Below, piece by piece: positions 25,205-37,272 of a DNA stretch of 64,000 nt (position 1 is the stretch's first letter; each line of letters starts with the position of its first letter). The notes beneath the pieces are model-generated. The model was given only the letters and a program-made list of their open reading frames with translations. It made no database searches and was not told the DNA's origin. Origin of the DNA: Heterodontus francisci (lineage: Eukaryota); assembly GCF_036365525.1 (NCBI RefSeq), contig NC_090399.1:54034430-54098429 (forward strand), in the 5' to 3' direction. The position numbers and the translations under genes were made by a program.

Positions 25205-28200
25205 ATTATCTAATCCTTCTGGGGAAGGTGGGACCTGTACAAGAAGGACGGGTTGCCTCTGTACTGGAGGGGCACCAATATCCTGGGCGGGAGGTTTGCT
25301 AGAGCTCTTCGGGAGGGTTTAAACTAGTTTTGCGGGGGATGGGAACCGGAGCCACGGATCAGTGGATGGGGTAGCTGTTGAACAGGCAGATACAGAGTGC
25401 AGAGAGTCTGTGAAGAAGGTTAGACAGTTGACAGGGCAAAGTTGCAGCCAGTATGATGGGTTGAAGTGTGTCTATTTTAACGCAAGAAGTGTCAGGAATA
25501 AGGGTGATGAACTTAGAGCATGGATCAGTACTTGGAGCTACCATGTTGTGGCCATTACGGAGACATGGATATCACAGGGGCAGGAATGGATGTTGGATGT
25601 TCGGGGGTTTAGATGTTTCAAAAGGAATAGGGAGGGAGGTAAAATAGGTGGGGGAGTGGCATTGTTAATCAGGGATAGTATCACAGCTGCAGAAAGGGAG
25701 GTCGTCGAGGAGGGTTTGTCTACTGAGTCATTATGGGTGGAAGTCAGAAACAGGAAAGGAGCAGTCACTTTGTTGGGAGTTTTCTATAGACCCCCCCCAA
25801 TAGCAACAGAGACATGGAGGAACAGATTGGGAGGCAGATTTTGGAAAGGTGCAGAAGTAACAGGGTTGTTGTCATGGGTGACTTCAACTTCCCTAATATT
25901 GATTGGAACCTCCTTAGTGCAAATAGTTTGGATGGAGCAGTTTTTGTCAGCTGTGTCCAGGAAGGTTTCCTGACTCAATATGTAGATAGGCCGACTAGAG
26001 GGGAGACCATGTTGGACTTGGTGCTTGGCAATGAACCAGGCCAGGTGGCAGATCTCTCGATGGGAGAGCATTTCGGTGATAGTGATCACAACTCCCTGAC
26101 CTTTACTACAGTCATGGAGAGCGACAGGAGCAGACAGGATGGGAAAATATTTAATTGGGGGAGGGGGAATTACAATGCTATTAGGCAGGAACTGGGGAGC
26201 ATAAATTGGGAGCAGATGTTCTCAAGGAAATGCACGACAGAAATGTGGAGGTTGTTTAGGGAGCACCTGCTGCGACTGCTGGATAGGTTTGTCCCGATGA
26301 GGCAGGGAAGGGATGAAAGGGTGAAGGAACCTTGGATGACGAGATGTGGAACAGCTAGTCAAGAGGAAGAAGGAAGCTTACTTAAGGTTGAGGAAGCAAG
26401 GATCATACAGGGCTCTAGAGGTTACAAGGTAGCCAGGAAGGAACTGAAGAATGGACTTAGGAGAGCTAGAAGGGGACATGAAAAAGTCTTGACGGGTAGG
26501 ATTAAGGAAAATCCCAAGGCGTTCTACACTTATGTGAGGAACAAGAGGATGGCCAGAGTGGGGGTAGGGCCGATCAGGGATAGTGGAGGGAACTCGTGCC
26601 TGGAGTCGGAGGAGGTAGGGGAGGTCCGAAATGAATACTTTACTTCAGTATTCACTAGTGAGAGGGACCTGGTCGTTTGTGAGGACAGCGTGGAACAGGC
26701 TGATATGCTCGAACAGGTTGAGGTTAAGAGGGAGGATGTGCTGGAAATTTTGAATGATATGAGGACAGATAAGTCCCTGGGGCCAGACGGGATATACCCA
26801 AGGATATTACAGGAAGCGAGGGAAGAGATTGCTGCGCCTTTGGCGATGATCTTTGCATCTTCACTGTCCACTGGAGTAGTACCGGATGATTGGAGGGTGG
26901 CAAATGTTGTTCCCTTGTTCAAGAAAGGGAACAGGGATAACCCTGGGAATTATAGACCAGTCAGTCTTACATCGGTAGTGGGCAAATTATTGGAGAGGAT
27001 TCTGAGAGACAGGATTTATGATTACTTGGAAAAGCATGGTTTGCTTAGGGACAGTCAGCATGGCTTTGTGAGGGGCAGGTCATGCCTCACAAGCCTTATT
27101 GAATTCTTTGAAGATGTGACAAAACACATAGAAGAAGGAAGAGCAGTGGATGTGGTGTATATGGATTTTAGCAAGGCGTTTGATAAGGTTCCCCATGGTA
27201 GGCTCATTCGGAAAGTAAGGAGGCATGGGATACAGGGAAAGTTGGCTGTCTGGATACAAAATTGGCTGGCCCATAGAAGTCAAAGGGTGGTAGTAGATAG
27301 AAAGTATTCAGCATGGAGCTCGATGACCAGTGGTGTTCCGCAGGGATCTGTTCTGGGACCTCTGCTCTTTGTGATTTTTATAAATGGCTTGAATGAGGAA
27401 GTGGAAGGCTGGGTTAGAAAGTTTGCCGATGACACGAAGGTTGCTGGAGTTGTGGATAGTGTGGAAGGCTGTTGTAGGTTGCAACGGGACATTGACAGGA
27501 TGCAGAGCTGGGCTGAGAAGTGGCAGATGGAGTTTAATCTGGAAAAGTGTGAAGTGATTCATTTTGGAAGGTCGAATTTGAATGCGGAATACAGGCTTAA
27601 AGACAGGATTTTTGGTAGTGTGGAGGAACAGAGGGATCTTGGGGTCCATGTCCATAGATCGCTCAACGTTTCCACCCAAGTTGATAGGGTTGTTAAGAAG
27701 GCGTATGGTGTGTTGGCTTTCATTAACAGGGGGATTGAGTTTAAGAGCCGAGAGGTTATGCTGCAGCTCTATAAGGCCCTGGTTCGACCACACTTGGAAT
27801 ATTGTGTTCAGTTCTGGTCGCCTCATTATAGGAAGGATGTGGAAGCTTTAGAGAGGGTGCAGAGGAGATTTACCAGGATGCTGCCTGGACTGGAGGGCAT
27901 GTTCTACGAAGAAAGATTGAGGGAGCTAGGGCTTTTCTCATTGGAGCGAAGAAGGATGAGAGGTGACTTTATAGAGGGATACAAGATGATGAGAGGCATA
28001 GTGGATAGTCAGAGACTTTTTCCCAGGGTGGAAAGGGCTATCACCAGGGGGCATAATTTTAAGATGATTGGAGGAAGGTTTCGGGGAGATGTCAGAGGTG
28101 TGTTCTTTACAAAGAGAGTGGTGGGTGCGTGGAATGCGCTGCCAGCGGTGGTAGTAGAAACAGATACGTTAGGGACATTTAAGCGACTCTTGGATAGGTA

Positions 28201-28318
28201 CATGGATGATAGTAGAATGAAGGGTAGGTAGTTATTCGATCTTAGAGTAGGTTAAAGGTTCGGCACAACATCGTGGGCCGGAGGGCCTGTACTGTGCTGT
28301 ACTGTTCTATGTTCTATG
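25205..28318 (+). mobile_element. Young CR1 LINE: ORF1 end plus near-complete ORF2 (APE endonuclease + RT)
   Basis: ORFs 25362-25973 and 25814-28231 are joined by a frameshift in the C-run at about 25791-25798. Motifs YFNARS, AITETW, MGDFN, SDHN, PQGSVLGP and FADD; tail tgttctatgttctatg. Confidence 0.97.
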
Positions 28319-30312
28319 AAAGGAGTTCCAGGGCTTTGACCTAGCTACAGTGAAGGAACGGCGATATAGTTCCAAGTTAGGATGGTGTATGGCTTGGAGG
28401 GGAATCTGCAAGTGGTGGTGTTCCCATTCATCTACTACCCTTGTCCATCTGGGTGGTAGAGGTCACGGGTTTGGAAGGTGCTGTCAAAGGTGGTGTGGTG
28501 AGTTGCTGCAGTGCATCTTGTAGATGGTGCACACTGCTGCCATTGTGTGTTAGTGGTGAAAGGAATGAACGTTGAAAATTGTGGATGGGGTGCCAGTCAA
28601 GCTGTTGGAGTTGCACTAATCCAGACAAGTGGAGAGTATTCCATCACACTCCGGAATTGTGCCTTGTAGACAGACATTGGGGAGACAGGAGGTGAGTTAC
28701 TCACGACAGAATTCCCAGCCTCTGACCTGATCTTGTAACCACAGCAATTATGTGACTGGTCCAGTTCAGTTTCTGGTCAATGGTGATCACCCAGGATGTT
28801 AATAGTGGGGGATTCAGCGATGGTAATGCCATTGAACATCAACGGGAGATGGTTAGATTCTCTCTTGTCAGAGATGTTCATTGCCTGTCACTTGTGTGGC
28901 ATGAAGCCTGGATGTTGTCCTCATTTTGCTGCATGCAGACAGAGACTGCCTCATTACCTGTGGAGTTGTGAATGGAACTGACCACAGCAATTATCAACAA
29001 ACATCCCCACTTGGAGGGAATGTCATTGTTGAAGTAGCTGAAGGTGGTTGGGCCTAGGATGCTACCCTGAGGAACTCCTGCAGTGATGTCCTGGGACTGA
29101 GGTGATTGACCTCCAACAACCACAACCATCTTCCTTTGCACTAGGTATGACTCCAACCAGTGGAGAGTTTCCCCTGATTCCCATTGACTCCAGTTTTGCT
29201 AGGGTTCCTTGATGCCAGACTCGGTCAAATGCTGCCTTGATGTCAAGCGCAGTCACTCTCACCTCACCTCTTGAGTTCAGCTCTTTTGTCCATGTTTGAA
29301 CCAAGGCTGTAATGAGATCAGGAGCTGAGTGGCCCTGGCGGAACCCAAACTGAGTGTCACTGAGCAGGTTGTTGCTCAGCAAGTGCCGCTTGATAGCACT
29401 GTCAATGACATCTTCTGTCACTTTGCTGATGATTGAGAGTAGACTGATGGGGCAGTAATTGGCCAGGTTGGCTTTGTCCTGTTTTTTGTGTACAGGACAT
29501 TCCTGGGCAATTTTCCACATTGTTGGGTAGATGCCAGTGTTGTAGCTGTACTGGAACAGCTTGGCTAGGGACATGGTTATTTCTAGGCACAAGTCTTCAG
29601 CACTACAGCCAGGATGTTGTCAGGACCCATAGCCTTTTCTGTATCTAGTGTGCTCATCTATTTCTTGATATCACATGCACTGAAACGAATTGTCTGAAGA
29701 CTAGCATCTGATGGTGGTGGCCAAGATAGATCATCCACTTGGTACTTCTGGCTGCACATGGTTGCAAATGTTTCAGCCTTGTCTTTTCCACTGATGTGCT
29801 GGGGATGTTTGTGGAGCCTCTTCCTCCGGTTAGTTGTTTGATTGTCCACCACCATTCATGACTGGATGTAGCAGGACTGCAGAGCTTAGATCTGATCCAT
29901 TGGTTGTGGGATCACTTAGTTCTGTCTATTGCATGCTGCTTCCATTCTTTATCATGCATGTTGTCCTGTTGTAGCTTCACCAGTTTGGCACCTTCTTTTT
30001 AGGTGTGCCTGGTGCTGCTCTTGACCTGCTGTTGCAACTCCTCATTGAACTAGGATTGGTCCCCCAGTATGATAGTAATGATAGAGTGGGGGATATGCCG
30101 GGCTATGAGGTTACAGATTGTGGTTGAGTACAATTCTGCTGCTGCTGATGGCCCACAGCGCCTCTTGGATGCCCAGTTTTGAGCTGATAGATCTGTTCTG
30201 AATCATTTATCAGGGTGGTAGTGCCACATAATGCATTACAGAGTGTTCTCATTGTGAAGACAGGACTTCATTTCCACAAACACTGTGCAATGATCACGCT
30301 GACCAATACTGT
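28319..30312 (-). mobile_element. Second LINE family (CR1/L2-group RT), fragment
   Basis: WKIAQECPVHKKQDKANLANYCPISLLS...QFGFRQGHS...LDIKAAFDRVWH; GVPQGSILGP. Confidence 0.9.
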
Positions 30313-30315
30313 CGT

Positions 30316-30625
30316 AGAAATTTAAAGCATGGAAAGAGGCCATTCAGCTCATCATGTCCATGCTGGCCGACAAGTAGCCATCCAGCTTAATCCCACTTTC
30401 CAGCACTTGGTCCATAGCCTTGTAGGTTACAGCACTTCAAGTACATATCCAAGTACCTTTTAAATGCAATGAGTGTTTCTGCCTCTATCACCATTTCAGG
30501 CAGTGAGTTCCAGATGCCCACTGCCCTCTGGGTAAAGAAATCTCCCCTCAAATCCCCTCAATACCTCCTACCCCTTACCCTAAATCTATGCCCCTGGTGA
30601 TGGACCAACCAACCAAGGGGAATAG
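30316..30625 (-). mobile_element. CR1 3' fragment
   Basis: Similar to 320-570 and 11400-11690. Confidence 0.75.
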
Positions 30626-30950
30626 GACAGTGCTATCAAGCAGCACTTGTTCAGTAATAAACTGCTCACTGAATGCCAGGGCCACTCAGCTCCTGACCTC
30701 ATTACAGCCTTGGTTTAAACATTGACAAAAGAGCTAAATTCCAGTGTGAGGTGAGAGTGACTGCCCCTGACATCAAGGCAGGATTTGCCCAAGTGTGGAC
30801 AAAGGAGCCCGAGTAAAATTGAAGTCAATGGGAATCAGGGGGGAAACTCTCCACTGGTTGGAGTCATACCCAGAACAAAGGAAGATGGTTGTGGTTGTTG
30901 GAGGTCAATCATCTCAGCTCCAGGGCAACACTGCAGGAGTTCCTCAGGGT
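30626..30950 (+). mobile_element. Fragment of the second LINE family, inverted relative to 29070-29400
   Basis: gacagtgctatcaag...gccactcagctcctgacctcattacagccttgg...gcaggagttcctcaggg is the reverse complement of 29065-29403. Confidence 0.85.
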
Positions 30951-31015
30951 TAAAAAAAGGATGAACCTTGTTACAGTCAAACAAACCTGAGACCCCCTTC
31001 TCACCTGGCTGTAAC

Positions 31016-31560
31016 AGTATGGCAAGGGGTGAAATTAGAAGAAAGGATGGGGTCAGAGGGAAGGGAAGGGGAAGAAAAATCTGGAGGAGTGTTAGTCCCC
31101 ATCAGTTGCTGGAGCTTACGTTCCTTAAAACCTGAAAGGAGGAGAAAACGTTTTTTGTCAATGCGCGGATAAGACAAAGGATGAAATGAAACTGCGGAGT
31201 AGAACAGCTTTGAAATAAGGTGAGGAGGTGCTTCTGGTGAGAAACGTTCAGTGTGTACATGTGGTAGACACTTTATCAAACACCAGGAGGGAAATAGAAA
31301 GCGATGAACAAGGTAAAAGAGACAAATGGTAAACCAGTCGGAGAGAAGAGCAGAACTTCTTCAAGGTAGGCATTCCTGGAAGAGAAGTGGTAGTCAATTA
31401 AATACTAAAATAAAAGCAAAATACTGCGGATGCTGGAAATCTGAATTAAAAAACAGAAACTGTTTGTCTCTCCAAAGATGCTGCCAGCCCCGCTGTGTAT
31501 TTCCAACACTTTCTGTTTTTATTTCAAATTTCCAACATCTGCAGTATTTTGCTTTTATTT
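31016..31560 (-). mobile_element. Penelope-like element 5' relic with inverted terminal-repeat pair
   Basis: Minus-strand ORF-like IDKKRFLLLSGFKERKLQQL; aataaaagcaaaatactgcggatgctggaaatctgaa (31408-) is inverted relative to ttcaaatttccaacatctgcagtattttgcttttatt (-31559). Confidence 0.65.
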
Positions 31561-32272
31561 ATCCCAGCAGTGATTCCCCATCACACATGTTTTTATAAGT
31601 GTGATTGTCAGTGTGAGAGTCAGTAATGATAAATGACACCACACACCCTCTGACAGCTTGATGCTGCCCCGGGATCAGATCCAACACAGAGATTCCAGCG
31701 TCAGTGGTTAGAACACGTCTGAACTCATGTCTGTCCTTTCTTCAAACCTTATCAGCAGCTGTTTGATGGAAGTTGTGTGAATCTGTATTCCAGGTTGTCA
31801 GTGTTTATTTTAGATACCAAATACTGAAGGTCCTTGTATATACAATGGCTGCCTCGTGTTCAGCATTTACTCATGTTGGTTGGGCTTTCCTTTTTCCAGT
31901 TGGAGTCGATGGGAATGCTGGTATAGATGGAAACAGCAACGTAAGAACAGGAGGAGGCCATTCAGCCCCTCAAACATGTTCTGTCATTCAATTAAATTAT
32001 GACTGTTCTGTATCTTAAGTCTATTTATCTTGGTTCTATAATTCTCAATACCCCTATCTAACAAAAACACATTACTCTCAATTTTGGAATTTTCAGTTGA
32101 CTCTGAGCCTCAAAAGCTTCGTGGAAGAAGAGAATTCCAGATTTCCACTCGCCTCTGTGTGAAAAAGTGCTTCCCGACATCACCCCTGAATGTCCTGGCT
32201 GTAATTTTAATGTTATGTCCCCTTGTTCTGGACTCCACCACCAGAGGAAATAGTTTCTCTCTAACTACTCGA

Positions 32273-33446
32273 TGTGACAGAAATCACACCTGCCAAATGG
32301 AAACATATTAATTTTGTCATGTTAAATACTGCTTGAGAACTTTATTTTACTGGACACTATAAATTACTTTTTGTAAAAGCAAAACTGAACAGCTGAAAAA
32401 ATGGTTGCATATTTGCATTCTGAGAAAACAAGGGCTGGCTGAGAGACCGAAGGAAATTACCCAGTTTAGCAGGAACAATGGGGGTGCTCCCTGATTCAAT
32501 TAGCGAGATTGGTTTGGTCAATAGGGGTAATCAAAAGACGTTGACACCCCTTGACTTTGTAAGAGCCAAACTCCGCCCCTCACCGAGTATGTCTAAAAGA
32601 TGCTGAAAGTCAACAACTCTCCAGGAACTGTTGTTTCAAACAGAGAGACGGTCACAGGACCATCTGAAGAAGGGTCTCTGACCTGAAACGTTAACTCTGC
32701 TTCTCTCTGCACAGATGCTGCCAGACCTGCTGAGTATTTCTAGCATTTCGTGTTTTTATTTCAGATTTCCAGCATCTGCAGTATTTTGCTTTTATTATTC
32801 CGGTCATAGGACCTACCTGCCGGTATAACCCGGAGGTTTTTGAATTGTGCCTCAGAGAAAGCAAGGAGACGGCAATTTTGAACTTCAAGAGAAGGGATCT
32901 CTCTAGGGAAACCACAGGAGCAGCACCTACACCTCAAGACTACAGAGCTTCACAGGTGATCATCTAAAGGACAGACAAAGCCTCTCTTTGGCCTTCTGGT
33001 ACCAGAGAAGAAAGCCTGAAATTGTGCGCTTGGCCCCAGCGAGGACTCCAGGACTTTAACTTCAATCAAGGACAATGAGGACATGAAAGACAGTATCTGC
33101 ATTCCATTTATTACCAACTCCACTTCAATCAATCTCCCAACTCTTTCTTCCCCTTTTATCTATTTGTGTGTATGTGTGCCTCTTGCATGCAGATGAGCGT
33201 GGATGTGTCGCATATTTTAGTAATTTTAACCAGTTTAGATTGATAAGGTTAATAAACTTTCTTATTTAAACTCGAGAAAACCTGTCTGATTTGTTCATTT
33301 GCAATAGCAATTAGAATGCAGTGAGCAGAGACTCACTGAGGTGGGAAGCTAAAATCAGTGTGTTTCAAAAGATAAACCCTGTTATGGCCAAACCAGAGAA
33401 GGAGCGATAGGGAAGCCTCAGAGCCCTTCCTCACCTGGTTGTAACA
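32273..33446 (+). mobile_element. Solo LTR (Gypsy-type)
   Basis: TGTGAC...GTAACA termini; flanks tcga/tcta (4-bp TSD, 1 mismatch); internal aataaa; interrupts a CR1. Confidence 0.85.
32664..32799 (+). mobile_element. Penelope-like terminal-repeat fragment with hammerhead ribozyme core
   Basis: CTGAAGA-a-gggtc-tct-gacct-GAAAC-GTT followed by the repeat seen elsewhere in the window. Confidence 0.7.
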
Positions 33447-34062
33447 TCTATCAAGTCCTTTGCTCATCATAAACAAGTCGATTAGATCACCCCTTAATCT
33501 TCGATATTCAAGAGAATAGAAGCCCAGTCTATGCAACCTGTCCTCGTAATTTAACCCTTTTAGCCGGGGATCATTCTGGTGAATCTGTGCATCAATGGTG
33601 ATGTGGGTAAGGGGGAGTGAGGAAGGGGTATAGAGACAGTAGAAGGGAGGGCATTGGGGTGGACAGAAGAAAGACAGAGGGGGTAAACTGTTCCATCCTT
33701 TAAATTTCTTTAAACCAGGAGCTAACAGGCCCATGGCCCTATTGCACAGTGGAGGAGGGGTTATGAGGGGTGGTCTTCCCTCATTCAGAGCCCAATTATC
33801 AACTCATTGCATGAGAGGGAGCTACTCTCCTACAGGCCTCGACTGTGTACTCAGTTCAGGGGAGGACCGACTATTCCCCACTCGATCGACACTGTTGTTT
33901 ATTCACTGAGTAAATCTAACATGAGTCTTACTGTAGGCAGCCATTGTGGAAACTTTTTATTTACACCTCCCCAACAGAGGGGCAGCAAAGTGGCAGTATA
34001 GCAGTTTAACAAAATGCTTAGCTATCACAATACGCAAACTCAGCCAGTTTAATACAATACAC

Positions 34063-35912
34063 TTCTTCTTCTTTGGCCTCCTTGTCTCAAGAGACAATGG
34101 GTAAGCGCCTGGAGGTGGTCGGTGGTTTGTGCAGCAGCACCTGGAGTGGCTATAAAGGCCAATTCTAGAGTGACAGATTCTTCCACGGGTGCTACAAATA
34201 AAATTGGTTGTCGGGGCTGTTACACAGTTGGCTCTCTCCTTGCGCTTCTGTCTTTTTTCCTGCCAACTGCTAAGTCTCTTCGACTCGCCATGCTTTAGCC
34301 CCGCCTTTATGGCTGCCCGTCAGCTCTGGCGATCGCTGGCACCTGACTCCCATGACTTGTGATCAATGTCACAGGACTTCATGTCGCGTTTGCAGACGTC
34401 TTTAAAGCGGAGACATGGACGGCCGGTGGGTCTGACACCAGTGATGAGCTCGCTGTACAATGTGTCCTTGGGGATCCTGCCATCTTCCATGCGGCTCACA
34501 TGGCCAAGCCATCTCAAGTGCCGCTGGCTCAGTAGGGTGTATATGCTGGGGATGTTGGTCGCCTTGAGGACTTCTGTGTTGGAGATACGGTCCTGCCACC
34601 TGATGCCAAGGATTCTCCGGAGGCAGCGAAGATGGAATGGATTGAGACTTCACTCTTGGCTGACATACGTTGTCCAGGCCTCGCTGCCGTAGAGCAAGGT
34701 ACTGAAGACATAGGCCTGATACACTCGGACTTTTGTATTCTGTGTCAGTGCACCATTTTCCCACACTCTCTCGGCCAGTCTGGACATAGCAGCGGATACC
34801 TTTCTCATGCGCTTGTGATTTCTGCATCGAGAGACAGGTTTCTGGTGATAGTTGAGCCGAGGTAGGTGAATTCTTGAACCACTTCCAGAGCATGGTCGCC
34901 GATATTGATGGATGGAGCATTTCTGATGTCCTGTCCCATGATGTTCATTTTCTTGAGGCTGACGGTTAGACCAAATTCGTTGTAGGCAGCCGTAATCCTG
35001 TCGATGAGTCTCTGCAGACATTCTGTGTGGGATGTTAATGCAGCATCATCAGCAAAGAGGAGTTCCCTGATGAGGACTTTCCGTACTTTGTTCTTCGTTC
35101 TTCGACGGGCAAGGTTGAACAACCTGCCACCTGATCTTGTGTGGAGGAAACTTCCTTCTTCTGAAGACTTGAACGCATGTGAGAGCAGCAGGGAGAAAAA
35201 AGTTCCCAAATAGTGCGGGTGCGAGAACACAGCCCTGTTTCACGCCACTCAGGATAGGAAAGGGGTCTAATGAGGCACCACTATGCTGAATTGTGTCTTT
35301 CATATTGTCTTGGAATGAGGTGATGATACTTAGTAGCTTTGGTGGACATCAAATCTTTTCTAGTAGTCTGAAGAGACCATATCTGCTGACGAGGTCAAAG
35401 GCTTTGGTGAGATCAATGAAAGCAACGTAGAGGGGCATCTGTTGTTCGTGGCATTTCTCCTGTAGCTGTCGAAGAGAGAACAACAGGTCAATGGTGGATC
35501 TCACTGCTCGAAAGCCACAGTGTGCCTCAGGGTAGACATGCTCAGCCAGCTTCTGGAGCCTGTTTAAAGCGACTCGAGCGAAGACTTTCCCCACTATGCT
35601 GAGCAGGGAGATTCCACGGTAGTTGTTGCAGTCACCGCGGTCACCCTTGTTCTTAAAGAGGGTGATGATATTGGCATCGCGCATGTCCTGTGGTACTGCT
35701 CCCTCGTCCCAGCACAGGCAAAGCAGTTCGTACAGTGCTGATAGTAGAGCAGACTTGGCACTCTTGATGATTTCAGGGGTAATGCCGTCCTTCCCAGGGG
35801 CTTTTCCGCTGGCTAGAGAATCAATGGCATCACTGAGTTCCGATTTTGTTGGCTGCACATCCAACTCATCCATGACTGGCAGAGGCTGGGCTGCATTGAG
35901 GGCGGTCTCAGT
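34063..35912 (-). mobile_element. RTE-clade (BovB-like) LINE, 5'-truncated
   Basis: KAPGKDGI, NYRGISLLS, FIDLTKAFD, GVKQGCVLAP, LLFADD, LLYGSEAWT, RWLGHVSRM; (GAA)n tail at 34063-34072. Confidence 0.93.
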
Positions 35913-35935
35913 GACACTGTATCCACTGACTTGAA

Positions 35936-36400
35936 AGGTGTCAGCTGTGACTCAGTAGTATTGTTCAAACCACCGAGGCAGAAGGTTATGGATTGAAGTC
36001 TAACTCCAGAGACTTGAACATACAATCGAGACTGGCATTCCAGTGTAGTACTGAGGGAGTCAGAGGGTCATTACTACGGGAGTGCGACATGTCGGAGGGT
36101 CAGTACTCATGGTGTGCTGCACTGTTAGGGGGCAGTATTGAGGGGGTGCTGCACTGTCAGAGGTGCCATCTTTCAGATGAGACTTAAAAACATGTGGATT
36201 TAAATGGTCGCAAAGCAGTATTTGAAGTAAAGCAGGGGAGTTCTCCCCATTGTCCTGGTCAATATTTATCCCTCAAGCAACATCACTAAAACAGATTATC
36301 TGGTCATTGTTGTTTGTGGGATCTTGCTGTGCACAAATTGGCCGCTGGGTTCACCTACACTTCAAAAGTAATCCTGCGGTGAAAGGTACAATATAAATAC
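35936..36400 (+). mobile_element. DeuSINE-like element
   Basis: Degenerate tRNA-like head, then Deu-domain-like cagtgtagtactgagggag...tgcactgtcagaggtgccatctttcagatgagac. Confidence 0.75.
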
Positions 36401-36544
36401 ATGTAGCCATTCCAGTACAGCTGTGACACTGTCAGCTACCCAATAATGTGAAAGAATGCACAGGTATATCCTCTCCACAACAGAACAGGATAAATCTAAC
36501 CCAGTCAATTAACACCTATCAGCCTCCTCCTGCTCATCAGTAAA

Positions 36545-36738
36545 GTGATGGGATTATTAACAGTCACACCGAGTGATCCCCAGTCACCAACACTCAGTTC
36601 AGGTTCCACCAGAAATATCTCCAGACTTCATCATAGCTTTGACCCAGACCCTGGGCACATGAGCTGAATGTCAGAGGAGGGGAGGTGATGGGATCATTAA
36701 CAGTGACACCGAGTGATCCCCAGTCACCAACACTCAGT
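36545..36738. repeat. 54-bp direct duplication (36545-36598 and 36685-36738)
   Basis: gtgatgggat(t/c)attaacagt(c/g)acaccgagtgatccccagtcaccaacactcagt; 2 mismatches, 140-bp offset. Confidence 0.95.
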
Positions 36739-37092
36739 AAAAGTGACATGTTTAGTGAGATTCTCTCTGTGCTCACACTCGCTGTTTGATCAGACATTAA
36801 TAGTGAGCGGGGGATGGGTGAGTGTACACTCATTTAGTGAAATGCCTTTTGACCTGAAACCCTGTTGGTAAAATTCATTCACACTGTACAGAGTGAAACC
36901 TTTCTGTAATGTCTGAGGTTCAAAGCCCTTTATTACAGCCCGTGCAGTGAAAGGTTAGTGTTTCAGTGTATTCGAGAGCTGGCCATTGCCCTCCTGAGTT
37001 TGGTTCACCTATAACATGGTGTTAATCAGCTGCAGTGAGACTCAGAGGCTCAGTAATGAGTGTGTAGGAGCTCAGAGCAGTTTCCTGTTCTA

Positions 37093-37116
37093 GGGGAAGT
37101 TTCATGTGAAAGTCCC
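37093..37116. promoter_or_regulatory. Pair of NF-kB-like sites
   Basis: GGGGAAGTTTC and TGAAAGTCCC (reverse complement GGGACTTTCA), 3 bp apart; ETS-like gtttcct just upstream. Confidence 0.45.
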
Positions 37117-37227
37117 TGGGTCCCATTCAATGTCACTGATATAAATTAACACTGAACATTGATTTTTTAACAAAATTAACACTGTAATTTATTCAGTTTG
37201 GATATTAAGTTACATTTAGCTGTGACT

Positions 37228-37272
37228 AACCAACGAATTGCCAGTTTCGATGCAGTGTCATCAGTTGCTGGG
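37228..37272 (-). promoter_or_regulatory. MHC class II-like X1/X2-Y module
   Basis: Minus strand cCCAGCAACTGATG-ACA...(21 nt)...ttcGTTGGTT: X1-like RFX site, overlapping TGAC (X2), and a degenerate Y box at near-canonical spacing. Confidence 0.55.

Larger units (their letters stand above)
31940..33590 (-). mobile_element. CR1 3' fragment split by a solo LTR
   Basis: LKGLNYEDRLHRLGFYSLEYRRLRGDLI at 33450-33590 resumes at 32272 and runs to the CR1 tail at about 31940. Confidence 0.85.
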
